From assembly GCA_965229675.1 (NCBI GenBank), contig OZ245897.1, forward strand, positions 1,185,127-1,249,126: 64,000 nucleotides of DNA, given 5' to 3'. The notes under the pieces are model-generated. The model saw only the letters and a program-made list of their open reading frames with translations, did not search any database and was not told the DNA's origin. The first letter of the stretch is position 1. Every line of letters begins with the position of its first letter. The translations under genes were made by a program, and so were the position numbers. This DNA is from Alphaproteobacteria bacterium (lineage in GTDB: Bacteria; Pseudomonadota; Alphaproteobacteria; CBDDJK01). Shown here one piece after another: positions 47,173 through 57,097 of this stretch.

Positions 47173-49005
47173 ATGTGTGGCATTATTGGGATCGTTGGTA
47201 ACAAGCCCGTTAGCGAACGCTTGCTGCAGGGCTTGCGGCGGCTTGAATATCGCGGTTATGATTCAACGGGCATGGCGTGTCTTAGCGATGGTAAGATTGC
47301 GCTTAGAAGGGCGGAGGGGAAAATCTCCGCCCTAGAAGCCGTATTAAACGATCATCCAATGGATGGGCTTGATGGGATTGGCCATACCAGATGGGCAACC
47401 CATGGCCCGCCCACGCTTAATAATGCCCATCCGCATTGTACCGATCAATTGGCCTTGGTGCATAATGGCATTATTGAAAATTTTGATGTGTTGCGGGATT
47501 CTTTAAGCGCACAAGGAATTACCTATCAATCTGAAACAGATAGCGAGGTGGTTGCGCATTTAATCAGCAATCAGCTAAAGCAAAATAACGACCCGATTAT
47601 GGCGGTGCAGGCCGTTTTGCCACAGCTACAAGGTGCATTTGCCCTAGCCATCTTATTTGCGGATCATGACGGACTATTGATTGGCGCAAGGCGTGGCAGT
47701 CCGCTTGCCATTGGCTATGGCGAGGGGGAGATGTATCTGGGTTCAGATGCGATGGCCTTAGCCCCTTTCACGGATCGTATGAGCTTTCTTGAAGAAGGCG
47801 ATTGGGTCGTCCTAACCCGTGATAAAGCAAACCTGTTTGATAAAAATAATCAACCTGTTGAACGGTCGATTATCACCCATCGCTTAGGATTTGGTGCGGT
47901 TGAAAAAGGCAATTATCGGCATTTCATGGAAAAAGAAATCCATGAACAGCCAGGGGTGTTATCTGAAACCTTGCAAAGCCTTGTGCTTCAAGATTCAATG
48001 TCGCTTTATCTTCCTGATTTTCCCTTCACAGTTGATCGACTTCCTAAAATAACTGCCAGTGCGTGCGGTACCGCCTTTTATGCGTGTATGGTCGCCAAAT
48101 ATTGGGTTGAACAATTATCAGGCATCGCGGTTGAGGTCGATATTGCCTCCGAATTGCGCTATCGCAACTTGCCGCTTCCTCAAGATGGGGTGGCTTTATT
48201 TGTTAGCCAATCTGGTGAAACTATGGATAGTTTGGAAGCATTACGCCACGCAAAAACACAGCAGCAGAAAATCCTGTCCATTGTCAATGTTCCGCAAAGC
48301 ACCATTATGCGCGAATCCGATTATGCGTTACTGACCCATGCAGGGCCTGAAATTGGTGTCGCCTCAACCAAGGCCTTTACGACCCAGCTAATGGTGTTGG
48401 CATGCCTTGCCATCCAGCTTGGGCGGGTGACCAACCGCCTATCTGCCGATCATGAACAAAGATTGGTGAAATCGCTAATTGAACTCCCTGGCTTGATGCA
48501 AGAATTATTGGTGCGTTGGCAAGAAATTGGCGAGCTTGCAGGGCTATTGGCCGATGCGCGCGCTGTCTTTTATATGGGGCGTGGGCGATGCTATCCAATC
48601 GCGCTTGAAGGTGCCTTAAAATTAAAGGAAATCAGCTATATCCACGCAGAAGGCTATGCGGCAGGCGAGATGAAACATGGCCCTATCGCGCTTATTGATG
48701 ACCAGCTTCCCGTGGTGATGTTAGCCCCATCAGGCCAGCTTTTGGAAAAATTATCCGCAAATGTTCAGGAAATCGTTGCGCGTAAAGGCAAAGTGATTTT
48801 AATCGCAGATAAGCAAGCCGCCGATTATATCCATCGCCAAACCACACCAGAAGCAACCTTAATCATGCCAACCCTTTCCGAATCCTTATTTGCGCCAATG
48901 CTTTATTCATTACCGATGCAAATCTTAGCCTATGAAACCGCCCTCATCAAAGGCACAGACATCGACCAACCCCGCAACCTTGCAAAATCCGTTACCGTGG
49001 AGTAG
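47173..49005 (+). CDS. glmS: Glutamine--fructose-6-phosphate aminotransferase
   Basis: 610 aa starting MCGIIG (the N-terminal Cys nucleophile) with two SIS domains and the C-terminus …AKSVTVE. Confidence 0.95.
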   Translation: MCGIIGIVGNKPVSERLLQGLRRLEYRGYDSTGMACLSDGKIALRRAEGKISALEAVLNDHPMDGLDGIGHTRWATHGPPTLNNAHPHCTDQLALVHNGIIENFDVLRDSLSAQGITYQSETDSEVVAHLISNQLKQNNDPIMAVQAVLPQLQGAFALAILFADHDGLLIGARRGSPLAIGYGEGEMYLGSDAMALAPFTDRMSFLEEGDWVVLTRDKANLFDKNNQPVERSIITHRLGFGAVEKGNYRHFMEKEIHEQPGVLSETLQSLVLQDSMSLYLPDFPFTVDRLPKITASACGTAFYACMVAKYWVEQLSGIAVEVDIASELRYRNLPLPQDGVALFVSQSGETMDSLEALRHAKTQQQKILSIVNVPQSTIMRESDYALLTHAGPEIGVASTKAFTTQLMVLACLAIQLGRVTNRLSADHEQRLVKSLIELPGLMQELLVRWQEIGELAGLLADARAVFYMGRGRCYPIALEGALKLKEISYIHAEGYAAGEMKHGPIALIDDQLPVVMLAPSGQLLEKLSANVQEIVARKGKVILIADKQAADYIHRQTTPEATLIMPTLSESLFAPMLYSLPMQILAYETALIKGTDIDQPRNLAKSVTVE

Positions 49006-49007
49006 TG

Positions 49008-49223
49008 CTGTGGGTACGCAAGATTGCCTACCATTTTCGTAAAAAGTTGCTCTATTTAATTGAATCATTCTGGTTGTATGCAAAAAGAAGGCTGGCTAAA
49101 TTTAATGGATTAACGGATGAAAAATTCTATCTCCACCTCAAAGAATGCGAATGGAGATTTAATAATAGACAAGGAAATGTTTATAAGATATTGTTAAACG
49201 AATTTAGAAAAAATCCACTCTAA
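49008..49223 (+). mobile_element. 3' remnant of an IS1595-family (ISXO2-like) transposase gene
   Basis: About 70 aa (…IESFWLYAKRRLAKFNGLTDEKFYLHLKECEWRFNNRQGNVYKILL…) matching the conserved C-terminal tail of IS1595 transposases (…EGFWSLLKR…HLPLYLAEFCFRYNNRK…). It begins immediately after the glmS stop, and the DDE core is absent. Confidence 0.55.
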
Positions 49224-49225
49224 AA

Positions 49226-49936
49226 TTGTCTAGACCCATGAAAATTATTTATTATTCCAGTTTACTCTTCTATCTTTTATTGGGAGTACCTTCTTATTCT
49301 GCTGATTTTAATAAAGGATTAACTGCTGCTCAAAATGGAGACTTCGCAACGGCGTTGAAGGAATGGAAACCTCTTGCTGAACAAGGAGATGCATATGCAC
49401 AGTATAATCTAGGAGTGGCGTACGACAACGGAGATGGTGTTCCCCAGGATTATAAAGAAGCAGTTCGATGGTACAGACTTGCTGCGGAACAGAGACATGC
49501 AAATGCACAGTATAATCTAGGAGTGGCGTACGACAACGGAGATGGTGTTCCCCAAGATTATAAAGAAGCAGTTCGATGGTACAGACTTGCTGCGGAACAG
49601 AGACATGCAAATGCACAGTATAATCTAGGAGTGTCGTACACCAAAGGAGAGGGAGTTCCCCAAGATTATAAAGAAGCAGTTCGATGGTACACGCTTGCTG
49701 CTGAACAAGGAGAGGCAGATGCACAGAATAATTTGGCAAATCGTTACTATTACGGGGAGGGTGTTATTAAAGATATTGTTTATGCACATATGTGGAAAAA
49801 TATTTCTGCTTCAAATGGAATTGATGAAGCAAGAGAAGACTTAAAAGCATTTGAAAAGGAAATGACCTCATCCCAGAAAGAAGAAGCACAAAGACTTGCT
49901 AGAGAATGTGTAAAGAAGGACTACAAGGGTTGTTGA
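49226..49936 (+). CDS. Secreted Sel1-like repeat (SLR/TPR-like) protein
   Basis: 236 aa with a signal peptide (MSRPMKIIYYSSLLFYLLLGVPSYSA) and at least 4 Sel1 repeats (AQYNLGVAYDNGDGVPQDYKEAVRWYRLAAEQ…). Confidence 0.8.
   Translation: MSRPMKIIYYSSLLFYLLLGVPSYSADFNKGLTAAQNGDFATALKEWKPLAEQGDAYAQYNLGVAYDNGDGVPQDYKEAVRWYRLAAEQRHANAQYNLGVAYDNGDGVPQDYKEAVRWYRLAAEQRHANAQYNLGVSYTKGEGVPQDYKEAVRWYTLAAEQGEADAQNNLANRYYYGEGVIKDIVYAHMWKNISASNGIDEAREDLKAFEKEMTSSQKEEAQRLARECVKKDYKGC
49397..49720 (+). repeat. Three tandem 108-bp repeats encoding the Sel1 units
   Basis: The units starting at 49397 and 49505 differ by about 1 nt. The unit starting at 49613 is divergent. Confidence 0.8.
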
Positions 49937-50008
49937 ACCTTTCTGAGATTATAATCCCTCAAACATTTTAACCAAAGTCTTATCAACTACCTTCAAACTA
50001 AAATCTGA

Positions 50009-50302
50009 CCTTACCTCGGTCATCAAGGCAATATCAGTCAAGCATTTGAGGTTGATGGATATCATAAAGAAAATCAAATAGTGTTAGAAATTGAATCGGG
50101 ACGCGCGTATACTAATCATCAATTTATAAAAGATATTTTTGAGGCAAGTGTGATGGTTGATGTGAAATATTTAGTTCTTGCTGTAAGAACGATTTATAAT
50201 GGGCATGAAGATTATAAAAAAATTACTGATTGGTTAGATACATTATTTATTACAAATAGAATAAAATTGGATCTAAAAGGAATTTTGGTGATAGGTTATT
50301 AA
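50009..50302 (+). pseudogene. C-terminal fragment of a BamHI/BglII-like type II restriction endonuclease
   Basis: The frame opens after TGA at 50006-50008 and reads …FEVDGYHKENQIVLEIESGRAYTNHQF…DVKYLVLAV…GILVIGY. This aligns by eye with the BamHI catalytic core (IDVY…MEFETGN…DLAIILMP…FIFIGF). The N-terminal ~85 aa and any methyltransferase gene are absent. Confidence 0.45.
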
Positions 50303-50391
50303 CTGACAACTAAAATTATTATCCAATTTGAAACCTTCCATAACAGTGGACTAGCACTATTTGTTTTAACCCTTAACCAAGGAATGATGCG

Positions 50392-51069
50392 ATGCAATTA
50401 GGGATAATAGGGGGAATTGGTCCAGCAGCGACCGATTATTATTACAGGAAGCTTATCAGTAAGTTTGCCACAGAACATGAGTCGCTGGACATGACCATCG
50501 TTCATGCGGACACCCCAACCCTGCTTGATAATTTGGAAAAAGGTAACATTGATGCGCAAGTTGAAATTTATACCCGCCTTACCAATAGGCTTGCGTCAGC
50601 AGGGGCAAGTTGCGTTGCCGTTACCTCGATTGCAGGGCATTTTTGTATCGAAACATTTGCTACAAATTCACCGCTTCCCGTGATTAATATGCTGTCTTGT
50701 GTTGAAGATGAAGTTGCAAGGCGCGGATATAATAAAATCGGCATAATCGGCACAAAGACTGTGATGGAGTCAAGATTCTATTCTGGCATATCCTCCGCTG
50801 AGGTGGTGATTCCCAGCGGGACTTTATTGGATGAAGTGCATCTTGCTTATATTGACATGGCAAAAGCAGGCGCGGTTAATGATGCACAACGCAGCATTTT
50901 TGATCATGCTTGCCATCAGTTTTTTAGTGAAATGAAAACTGATGCTGTGATGTTAGGGGGAACAGACCTCGCCCTTGTCTATTCAAAACAAACAAGCGAT
51001 TTTGAATTAATTGATTGCGCAGAAATCCATGTTGACGCATTATTTAACCATTTTAAAACCAATAAATGA
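50392..51069 (+). CDS. Asp/Glu/hydantoin-racemase superfamily protein
   Basis: 225 aa starting MQLGIIGGIGPAATDYYYRKL, with two Cys-containing half-sites typical of the family. Confidence 0.7.
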   Translation: MQLGIIGGIGPAATDYYYRKLISKFATEHESLDMTIVHADTPTLLDNLEKGNIDAQVEIYTRLTNRLASAGASCVAVTSIAGHFCIETFATNSPLPVINMLSCVEDEVARRGYNKIGIIGTKTVMESRFYSGISSAEVVIPSGTLLDEVHLAYIDMAKAGAVNDAQRSIFDHACHQFFSEMKTDAVMLGGTDLALVYSKQTSDFELIDCAEIHVDALFNHFKTNK

Positions 51070-51110
51070 TCTTTCGTACCAAGCTTATATAGAATATGAG
51101 ATAGAAAAAA

Positions 51111-52124
51111 ATGCAAAACACAGTAGCCCTATCTTTAGAAGAATTATCAGCAATAATTGACGCATGTTTAAGGCATAATGGGTCGGATGCGGTGAATGCG
51201 GCGGCGATTACAAGGAATATGGTGTGGGCAGAGGCAAGTGGTAGTGTATCGCACGGTATATTCAGATTGCCTGGCTATATTGCCTCCTTAAAAAGCGGTA
51301 AGGCGAATGGAAAGGCGAACCCTCAAACAGAAATTTTAACCCCCTCCATCATCAAGGTCGATGCTAATCATGGCTTTGCACCGCTAGCGCAGGAGGTAGG
51401 ACATCAACAGCTTGCCCCAATGGCAAAAAAGCAAGGAATCGCTGCTTTATCCATCCGTAATTGCTTTCATTTTGCAGCCCTTTGGGTGGAAATAGAAAGG
51501 CTGACCAATGAAGGGCTTTGTGCCTTTGCAACCACGGCCGCGACACCGATGGTTGCGCCAGCAGGTGGGATCCATCCTTTCTTTGGGACGAATCCAATTG
51601 CGTTTGGCTGGCCACGTAAAGATAAACATGCCGTGATTTTTGATATGGCTACGGCCGCAACCGCACGCGGTGAATTATTAATTGCCGCCCGTGATGGTCA
51701 CCAAGCCCCCGCTGGTGCTGGGCTTGATAAAGATGGGCAACCAACCACAGACCCACACGCAATTTTGGATGGGGCGCAGCTACCTTTCGGGGGGTATAAG
51801 GGGTCTGCCATTGCCATGATGGTTGAGTTGTTAGCAGGCGCTTTGATCGGTGATCTGTTCAGCTATGAATCGGGTGCGGTGGATAATAATGATGGCGGCC
51901 CGCCCCTTGGCGGAGAATTGATTATCGCCATGAATCCTGCCCGTTTCAGCGATATAGATTTTGACGCACATGCTGAAAACTTCTTTGCCGAACTTACCAA
52001 ACAAGCCGCCATTCACCTCCCTGGTAGTAACCGCTATGCCATGCGTGAAAAAAACAAACATGGGGGCGTTACAATCCCCAAATCACTTTATAATGAAGTT
52101 ATGACCTTAACAGGCCATTCTTAA
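51111..52124 (+). CDS. Ldh_2-family (malate/L-lactate dehydrogenase type 2) oxidoreductase, e.g. ketimine/pyrroline-2-carboxylate reductase-like
   Basis: 337 aa with an Ldh_2 family N-terminus (…SHGIFRLPGY…) and a His-rich active region. Confidence 0.65.
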   Translation: MQNTVALSLEELSAIIDACLRHNGSDAVNAAAITRNMVWAEASGSVSHGIFRLPGYIASLKSGKANGKANPQTEILTPSIIKVDANHGFAPLAQEVGHQQLAPMAKKQGIAALSIRNCFHFAALWVEIERLTNEGLCAFATTAATPMVAPAGGIHPFFGTNPIAFGWPRKDKHAVIFDMATAATARGELLIAARDGHQAPAGAGLDKDGQPTTDPHAILDGAQLPFGGYKGSAIAMMVELLAGALIGDLFSYESGAVDNNDGGPPLGGELIIAMNPARFSDIDFDAHAENFFAELTKQAAIHLPGSNRYAMREKNKHGGVTIPKSLYNEVMTLTGHS

Positions 52125-52159
52125 TTTTTTGTTAGCCGTAAACTTGGCTATAGAATATC

Positions 52160-53677
52160 TCATTTAAATAACTCCCCTTGTTGGCGTTGAGGTGCTTTTT
52201 TATTAAGCGTTCGTGGCAGGCCTGATTTGCGGCCGCCATGTTTATGAACGATTTTTCGTGCAACTTCTTTGTGGGTAAGGTTATTTTTGCGCAGTCCGTA
52301 AAGTTGATCAGCGGCGGCTTTTCGTGCAGCTTTTTCTTCAACAATCGGCATTGGATACCCATTCATTTGTGATGCTGTGCGCCATGGTGTATGAATATGG
52401 CTTTGTTCCATGTCGCGTAATTCTGGTAACCATTTGCGAATAAACACCCCTTCTGGATCATGATCAACCCCTTGTTTAATTGGGTTATAAATTCTGATGG
52501 CGTTAATCCCCGTTGTGCCTGATTGCATTTGCACTTGGCTATAATGAATGCCAGGTTCATAATCGGTAAATAGGCTGGCCAGATGCAAGGCAGGCTTACG
52601 CCAATCTAACCATAGATGATAGCTTGCAAAGCTCATCACCATTGCGCGCATACGAAAATTAAGCCAACCCGTTTTGGTTAAGGCACGCATGCACGCATCC
52701 ACCATCGGATAGCCTGTTAGCCCTGCTTTCCATGCTTCAAAATAGGCTTGGTTAAATTCATCATCTCTTAAGCCATCATAAGCAGGGTGCATATTTTCAA
52801 ATTCAATGCGTGGCTCGTCTTCTAGTTTTTGGATAAAATGGCAATGCCAGCGTAACCTACCTGAAAAAGAGCGCATTGCGCTTGACCATTTTCCCTTCAT
52901 GCCACGCTGAATTTGTTTGATTTCATGACTGCGTTGCTCGCCCATCTGAAATACTTCACGAATAGACAATGCCCCAAAGGCAATATGCGCAGATATCCGC
53001 GAACAGCTTTCAAAAGCGGTGACGGGCGATGACATTTCTTTGGTATAGCCCTCACCACGTTTTGTTAAAAAGCTATTCAATAGCTTTAACCCTTCCTGCC
53101 GCCCGCCTTTTTGTATGTCTTCCATTTGCGGATCATATAAACCAAGCTTAGCGGCAGAAGGGAGCTGATCTGATTCCATATTCACGGCTTTAAGCTTGGT
53201 TGGCGGCGGTAAAATAGGTTGTTTCATTTTATGATACCAGTGCGTAGCCCATCCGTCACGATCTTGTAAGCAGCGTATAACCCCATATTGTGTTGGCTCG
53301 TGCCATGGAATCTGGTGGGCGTTACACCAATCTTTAACCGCTTTATCGCGGGCATAAGTCCAGCCGTTCCAAGTTTCTTGATGTGACCATAGCGCATGAA
53401 TTGGCGTTTGGCTATGGATGGCGGTTAGCACCTTTGATGCGTCACCAATTCTAATGATTAAGTTTTGCCCTATTGCACTTAAAGCTTGATCAAGCTCCGT
53501 CAAACAATCGGTTAAAAAAGCATAATGCCGAAGACTCATATCGGGCTGTTGCCATAATTCTGGTTCAAGAATATAAAGTGGCACTACAGGCATTTGATCG
53601 CCTGCTTGCTTAATTGCGCCAATAAGGGCGGCATGATCGTTAATCCGCAAATCCCTTTTAAACCAAACAATGATCAT
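52160..53677 (-). CDS. Cryptochrome/photolyase-family protein (DNA photolyase-like)
   Basis: 505 aa with an N-terminal photolyase alpha/beta domain (IVWFKRDLRINDHAAL) and a C-terminal FAD-binding helical domain. Confidence 0.75.
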   Translation of the reverse strand: MIIVWFKRDLRINDHAALIGAIKQAGDQMPVVPLYILEPELWQQPDMSLRHYAFLTDCLTELDQALSAIGQNLIIRIGDASKVLTAIHSQTPIHALWSHQETWNGWTYARDKAVKDWCNAHQIPWHEPTQYGVIRCLQDRDGWATHWYHKMKQPILPPPTKLKAVNMESDQLPSAAKLGLYDPQMEDIQKGGRQEGLKLLNSFLTKRGEGYTKEMSSPVTAFESCSRISAHIAFGALSIREVFQMGEQRSHEIKQIQRGMKGKWSSAMRSFSGRLRWHCHFIQKLEDEPRIEFENMHPAYDGLRDDEFNQAYFEAWKAGLTGYPMVDACMRALTKTGWLNFRMRAMVMSFASYHLWLDWRKPALHLASLFTDYEPGIHYSQVQMQSGTTGINAIRIYNPIKQGVDHDPEGVFIRKWLPELRDMEQSHIHTPWRTASQMNGYPMPIVEEKAARKAAADQLYGLRKNNLTHKEVARKIVHKHGGRKSGLPRTLNKKAPQRQQGELFK

Positions 53678-53695
53678 ATAATATTCCTATTGATT

Positions 53696-54406
53696 TTAAG
53701 GCAAAATGACACTGCCATCCCATGCAAAACATTGCCCCGATTGATCGGGGGTTAAGTTCTTTATCACTTCCAATAGCCTAGTGGCCGTATAAGTAGGGGT
53801 AAAAAGTTTTTCTTCTGGCACATTCGCTTGAAAGGGTTTGGAAAGCTTACTATCAACTGTCCCTGGATGAAGGCCAACAATCATTGCTTGTTTATTGCGC
53901 CTTGCGGTTTCAATCGCAGCATTTTTGATGATAATATTAAGGGCGGCTTTGGAAGCACGATAGGCATACCACCCGCCAAGATGATTATCAGATATGCTGC
54001 CAACCCGTGCGGAAAGGGCGGCAAAAATAGCAGGCTGTTCCTTATTCAATTTAGGAATAAAATATTTTGCGATTAGTGCGGGGGTAATCGTATTCACAGC
54101 AAACAGATGATGGAATTTTTCTGCTGATAAGTCTTTAAGGGATTTTTCTGGCATGATGTCATGGTCATGCAATATTCCCCCTGCAAAGATTACCAAATCC
54201 AACGGCTGATTGTGGGAGGCAAGATTAGCAGCCGCTTCAATCGATGCCTCATCTTTATAATCTATTGAATTGGCTCCCGTTCTTGAAAATGCAAAAAGAT
54301 TAGCATTTGGATAGTTTTGTTTAAGAACGTCAACAAACGCACCACCAATCGCGCCAGAAGCCCCAATAATTGCAATGGTTTGCGGCTTAAAGCGCATTAC
54401 AAACAT
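53696..54406 (-). CDS. Short-chain dehydrogenase/reductase (SDR)
   Basis: 236 aa with the Rossmann motif IAIIGASGAIGGAF and the catalytic YxxxK (YRASKAALN). Confidence 0.8.
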   Translation of the reverse strand: MFVMRFKPQTIAIIGASGAIGGAFVDVLKQNYPNANLFAFSRTGANSIDYKDEASIEAAANLASHNQPLDLVIFAGGILHDHDIMPEKSLKDLSAEKFHHLFAVNTITPALIAKYFIPKLNKEQPAIFAALSARVGSISDNHLGGWYAYRASKAALNIIIKNAAIETARRNKQAMIVGLHPGTVDSKLSKPFQANVPEEKLFTPTYTATRLLEVIKNLTPDQSGQCFAWDGSVILP

Positions 54407-55392
54407 GTTTTAAGCGTATTCGCAAGATTATAAGCAGCCATAAATGCGCCCTCAACCCGTCCGCCTTGACACCAATCGCCACAAGTAGCAAGTTGCTGAT
54501 TTTGATCAATGAATATTGGGCTTTGTTTGCCCCCCTTGTTATTGTTGGGCGCATTATTGGCGTAACGCCAGCCATGAATTGTTTTATAATCAGCATCACT
54601 AACATCATGGCCAATGATATTGGAAGTTTCCGCCAATAGATGGCGCATCACTTGTTCACGATCATCATTGATATGTGCTTCTGCATAAATGTTGGACGCA
54701 TGTACCATCAAGGTAAATTCTTTACCACGATCAGGCTTACTGCTGTTGATTGCAATCCAGCTTAAATCAGAATGCTCAATATGCGCGGCATCAAAAGAAA
54801 GCTGAAGCGGTTTTTGAAATCCCAACATTAACGAAAAACAAGCACGCATTTCAATTTCTTTAATCACGCCGTAATGACTAAAAGAGGCAGGTAGTAAATC
54901 ACAGACTTGAGGGGCGGGTATTGTGACAAGCACCCAATCAAATTCACCGTAAGGCTCACCAGCCTCGTCAGTTAAAACCCATTTATCTTTTCGTGTAATT
55001 TGGGCAATGCGTGTGTTGATATGCACATCAAGCGGTTCTGCAAGCATCCGTGCAATTGCATTCATTGCTGGTGTACCAACATAGCGGGGTTCTTCTTTGC
55101 CCCAATCCCTACGCTCGATGATCTGATTCCCGTCAAATTTAGCATAGCGGGCATTCCATCGTTTGATGATGCCTTGGTTGATTAAGGGTTCAATGAAGTT
55201 TTGAAATTCAGGGGTTCGCGCCGTAAAATATTGAGCACCATGATCAAAAAAATAAGGCTCTGCACGGCGGGTGGACATACGTCCGCTAACCCCACGTGCT
55301 TTTTCAAAAAGGGTAATGTTTGCATATTGCTTTAAATGATGTGCGGCCGTTAAACCCGCCAAGCCTGCTCCGATGATTGCTATGTTGGTCAT
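54397..55392 (-). CDS. NAD(P)/FAD-dependent oxidoreductase (renalase/amine-oxidase-like)
   Basis: 331 aa with the dinucleotide-binding motif IAIIGAGLAGLTAAHHL…FEKARGVSGRM. Confidence 0.7.
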   Translation of the reverse strand: MTNIAIIGAGLAGLTAAHHLKQYANITLFEKARGVSGRMSTRRAEPYFFDHGAQYFTARTPEFQNFIEPLINQGIIKRWNARYAKFDGNQIIERRDWGKEEPRYVGTPAMNAIARMLAEPLDVHINTRIAQITRKDKWVLTDEAGEPYGEFDWVLVTIPAPQVCDLLPASFSHYGVIKEIEMRACFSLMLGFQKPLQLSFDAAHIEHSDLSWIAINSSKPDRGKEFTLMVHASNIYAEAHINDDREQVMRHLLAETSNIIGHDVSDADYKTIHGWRYANNAPNNNKGGKQSPIFIDQNQQLATCGDWCQGGRVEGAFMAAYNLANTLKTCL

Positions 55393-55835
55393 AATTTAAG
55401 TCCTGAAAGCACAAGACATAGAATAACAATGCTGGTAACGATGCAACGGGTTTTAAAATAATTATGGGTAAGGCTTGCCTGTTTAAATAGCCGATAATCA
55501 ATCCATAGCAGCAAAATAAAAGTAGCGATAAGAAGAAAAAGCATCGCTTTTAAGCTAAGGCTTAAATAACCCAACCATAAAATAATTGCGATCAAATTGC
55601 TGATCAAAGGCAAAGCGCGATTCCACACACCTTCAATAAAAAATTGTTGTCCCCAATGTGCGCCTGCTAAAAAACTGGCGATGATTAGCGCATAAATGCC
55701 AAGGATTTCTTCAGTCTCAAAGCCAATCAACTCACCAATAATAGGAAGTTCATTTATATTAAATAATAAGAAAACTACACAACCAACAAAGGGAAGTGCG
55801 CCTGCATAAGTTAAAAAATGATAGAACCTATTCAT
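55389..55835 (-). CDS. Small integral membrane protein (DUF3429-like) often found in photolyase operons
   Basis: 148 aa with 4 TM helices, translationally coupled to the FAD oxidoreductase gene. Confidence 0.5.
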   Translation of the reverse strand: MNRFYHFLTYAGALPFVGCVVFLLFNINELPIIGELIGFETEEILGIYALIIASFLAGAHWGQQFFIEGVWNRALPLISNLIAIILWLGYLSLSLKAMLFLLIATFILLLWIDYRLFKQASLTHNYFKTRCIVTSIVILCLVLSGLKL

Positions 55836-55849
55836 GATCTATATTTTTT

Positions 55850-57097
55850 TTAAGGCGTAATATGAAATTTGATAGAATCCACGCATGCTTCAGCAAGGGT
55901 GATTGCACCCTCAAGGCTAGGGTTTGTTACATGAACACAGCCTGCACGGGCAGTATGGTCGTTTGGTTGTGTCATTTTACTCCCCTTTGAAACTGCTAGA
56001 TGAATAAAACTGATATTGGGGTTGGCAAGCGATTGTTCAACCCCTGAAATATAAGAAAGCATCCCTTGTTGTTCGGGAAAGAAATAACGAATAGCAACCG
56101 CTTGTTTAAATTCTGGTTTCAATGATTGAGGATTAGGGATTTCACCGCAAGCCAATTCACATAAGATGCGGATAAAATCCACCCCAACACCAAGCGGGAC
56201 GGTGTGGCTGGATAAATACCCACCCGAAGCGCGTAACGCGACCTCAATCACTTTAGCCCCTTTGGGGGTTAAGACCATATCGCCTTTTACCACGCAATGA
56301 TCACCACCAAGCGCAAGCCCTGCTTCAAGTGCCAAATTTGCAATATCATTTTCTTGTGCTTCAGGAAGGTTCGGCGGGAACGATCCCCCATCCTCAATTA
56401 TAAACGGGGCGAATTGTTGCAATCGTGCATAATTTCGTTCGGCAGTGATGATCGGGTAAGGTTTGCCGCCAATAATAAACCCCTCGGTTGAATATTGTGT
56501 CCCTTGTAGATATTCTTCAACCATCGCCCGCTTTGTAGGAGAGGCATTGATAGCCAATTCCAACGCCCATTTAATTTTTTTAGGTGCAATGTTTTTATTT
56601 TCTTCGTTACTAAAAACCCAATGCGTGACCCCACGCGCACCACGACTATCAACAGGTTTTATAATGAAATCAGGATAATTGCGGGCGAATTGTTGAACTT
56701 CCTCAATAGTGTGCACAGCTTGAAATGCTGCCGTGGGGATGGAATGTTCAATAAATCTTTGTTTCATCAATAATTTATCGGCAGATAGGCTGGCCGCTTC
56801 ATAACTTATGCCCGACAATTCAAGGGTAGCAGCAAGAGCGGCAACAGTTTTTGGCACATCGGCGGCATGAGATAATACCCCGTCAATTTGCCCGCCTGCT
56901 TGCCTAAAATTTAAGGCGGCTTCACAATTGGCCGCTTCATCATAGGTAGAAAACACCATCGGATAATCGGCAACAAGCAACCCAGGGGCTTCACAATTCC
57001 CATCCGAAACAATCAGGCGATAGCCAAGCTTTCGTGCGTGAAGAAGAGCTGGTACGCTTTCTCGCCCGCCGCCAACAAACCATAAGACTTTACTCAT
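55850..57097 (-). CDS. ATP-grasp domain protein (carboxylate-amine ligase family)
   Basis: 415 aa with a pre-ATP-grasp Rossmann-like N-terminus and central ATP-grasp motifs (…[13 protein letters not shown]…). It overlaps rnhA by 4 nt. Confidence 0.55.
   Translation of the reverse strand: MSKVLWFVGGGRESVPALLHARKLGYRLIVSDGNCEAPGLLVADYPMVFSTYDEAANCEAALNFRQAGGQIDGVLSHAADVPKTVAALAATLELSGISYEAASLSADKLLMKQRFIEHSIPTAAFQAVHTIEEVQQFARNYPDFIIKPVDSRGARGVTHWVFSNEENKNIAPKKIKWALELAINASPTKRAMVEEYLQGTQYSTEGFIIGGKPYPIITAERNYARLQQFAPFIIEDGGSFPPNLPEAQENDIANLALEAGLALGGDHCVVKGDMVLTPKGAKVIEVALRASGGYLSSHTVPLGVGVDFIRILCELACGEIPNPQSLKPEFKQAVAIRYFFPEQQGMLSYISGVEQSLANPNISFIHLAVSKGSKMTQPNDHTARAGCVHVTNPSLEGAITLAEACVDSIKFHITP

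Noticed and set aside
47173-50400. Possible Tn7-like element at attTn7 downstream of glmS
   Set aside because: No tnsABCDE or tniQ-like genes are present, and no CRISPR-associated transposon components. Only an IS1595 transposase tail remnant is there.
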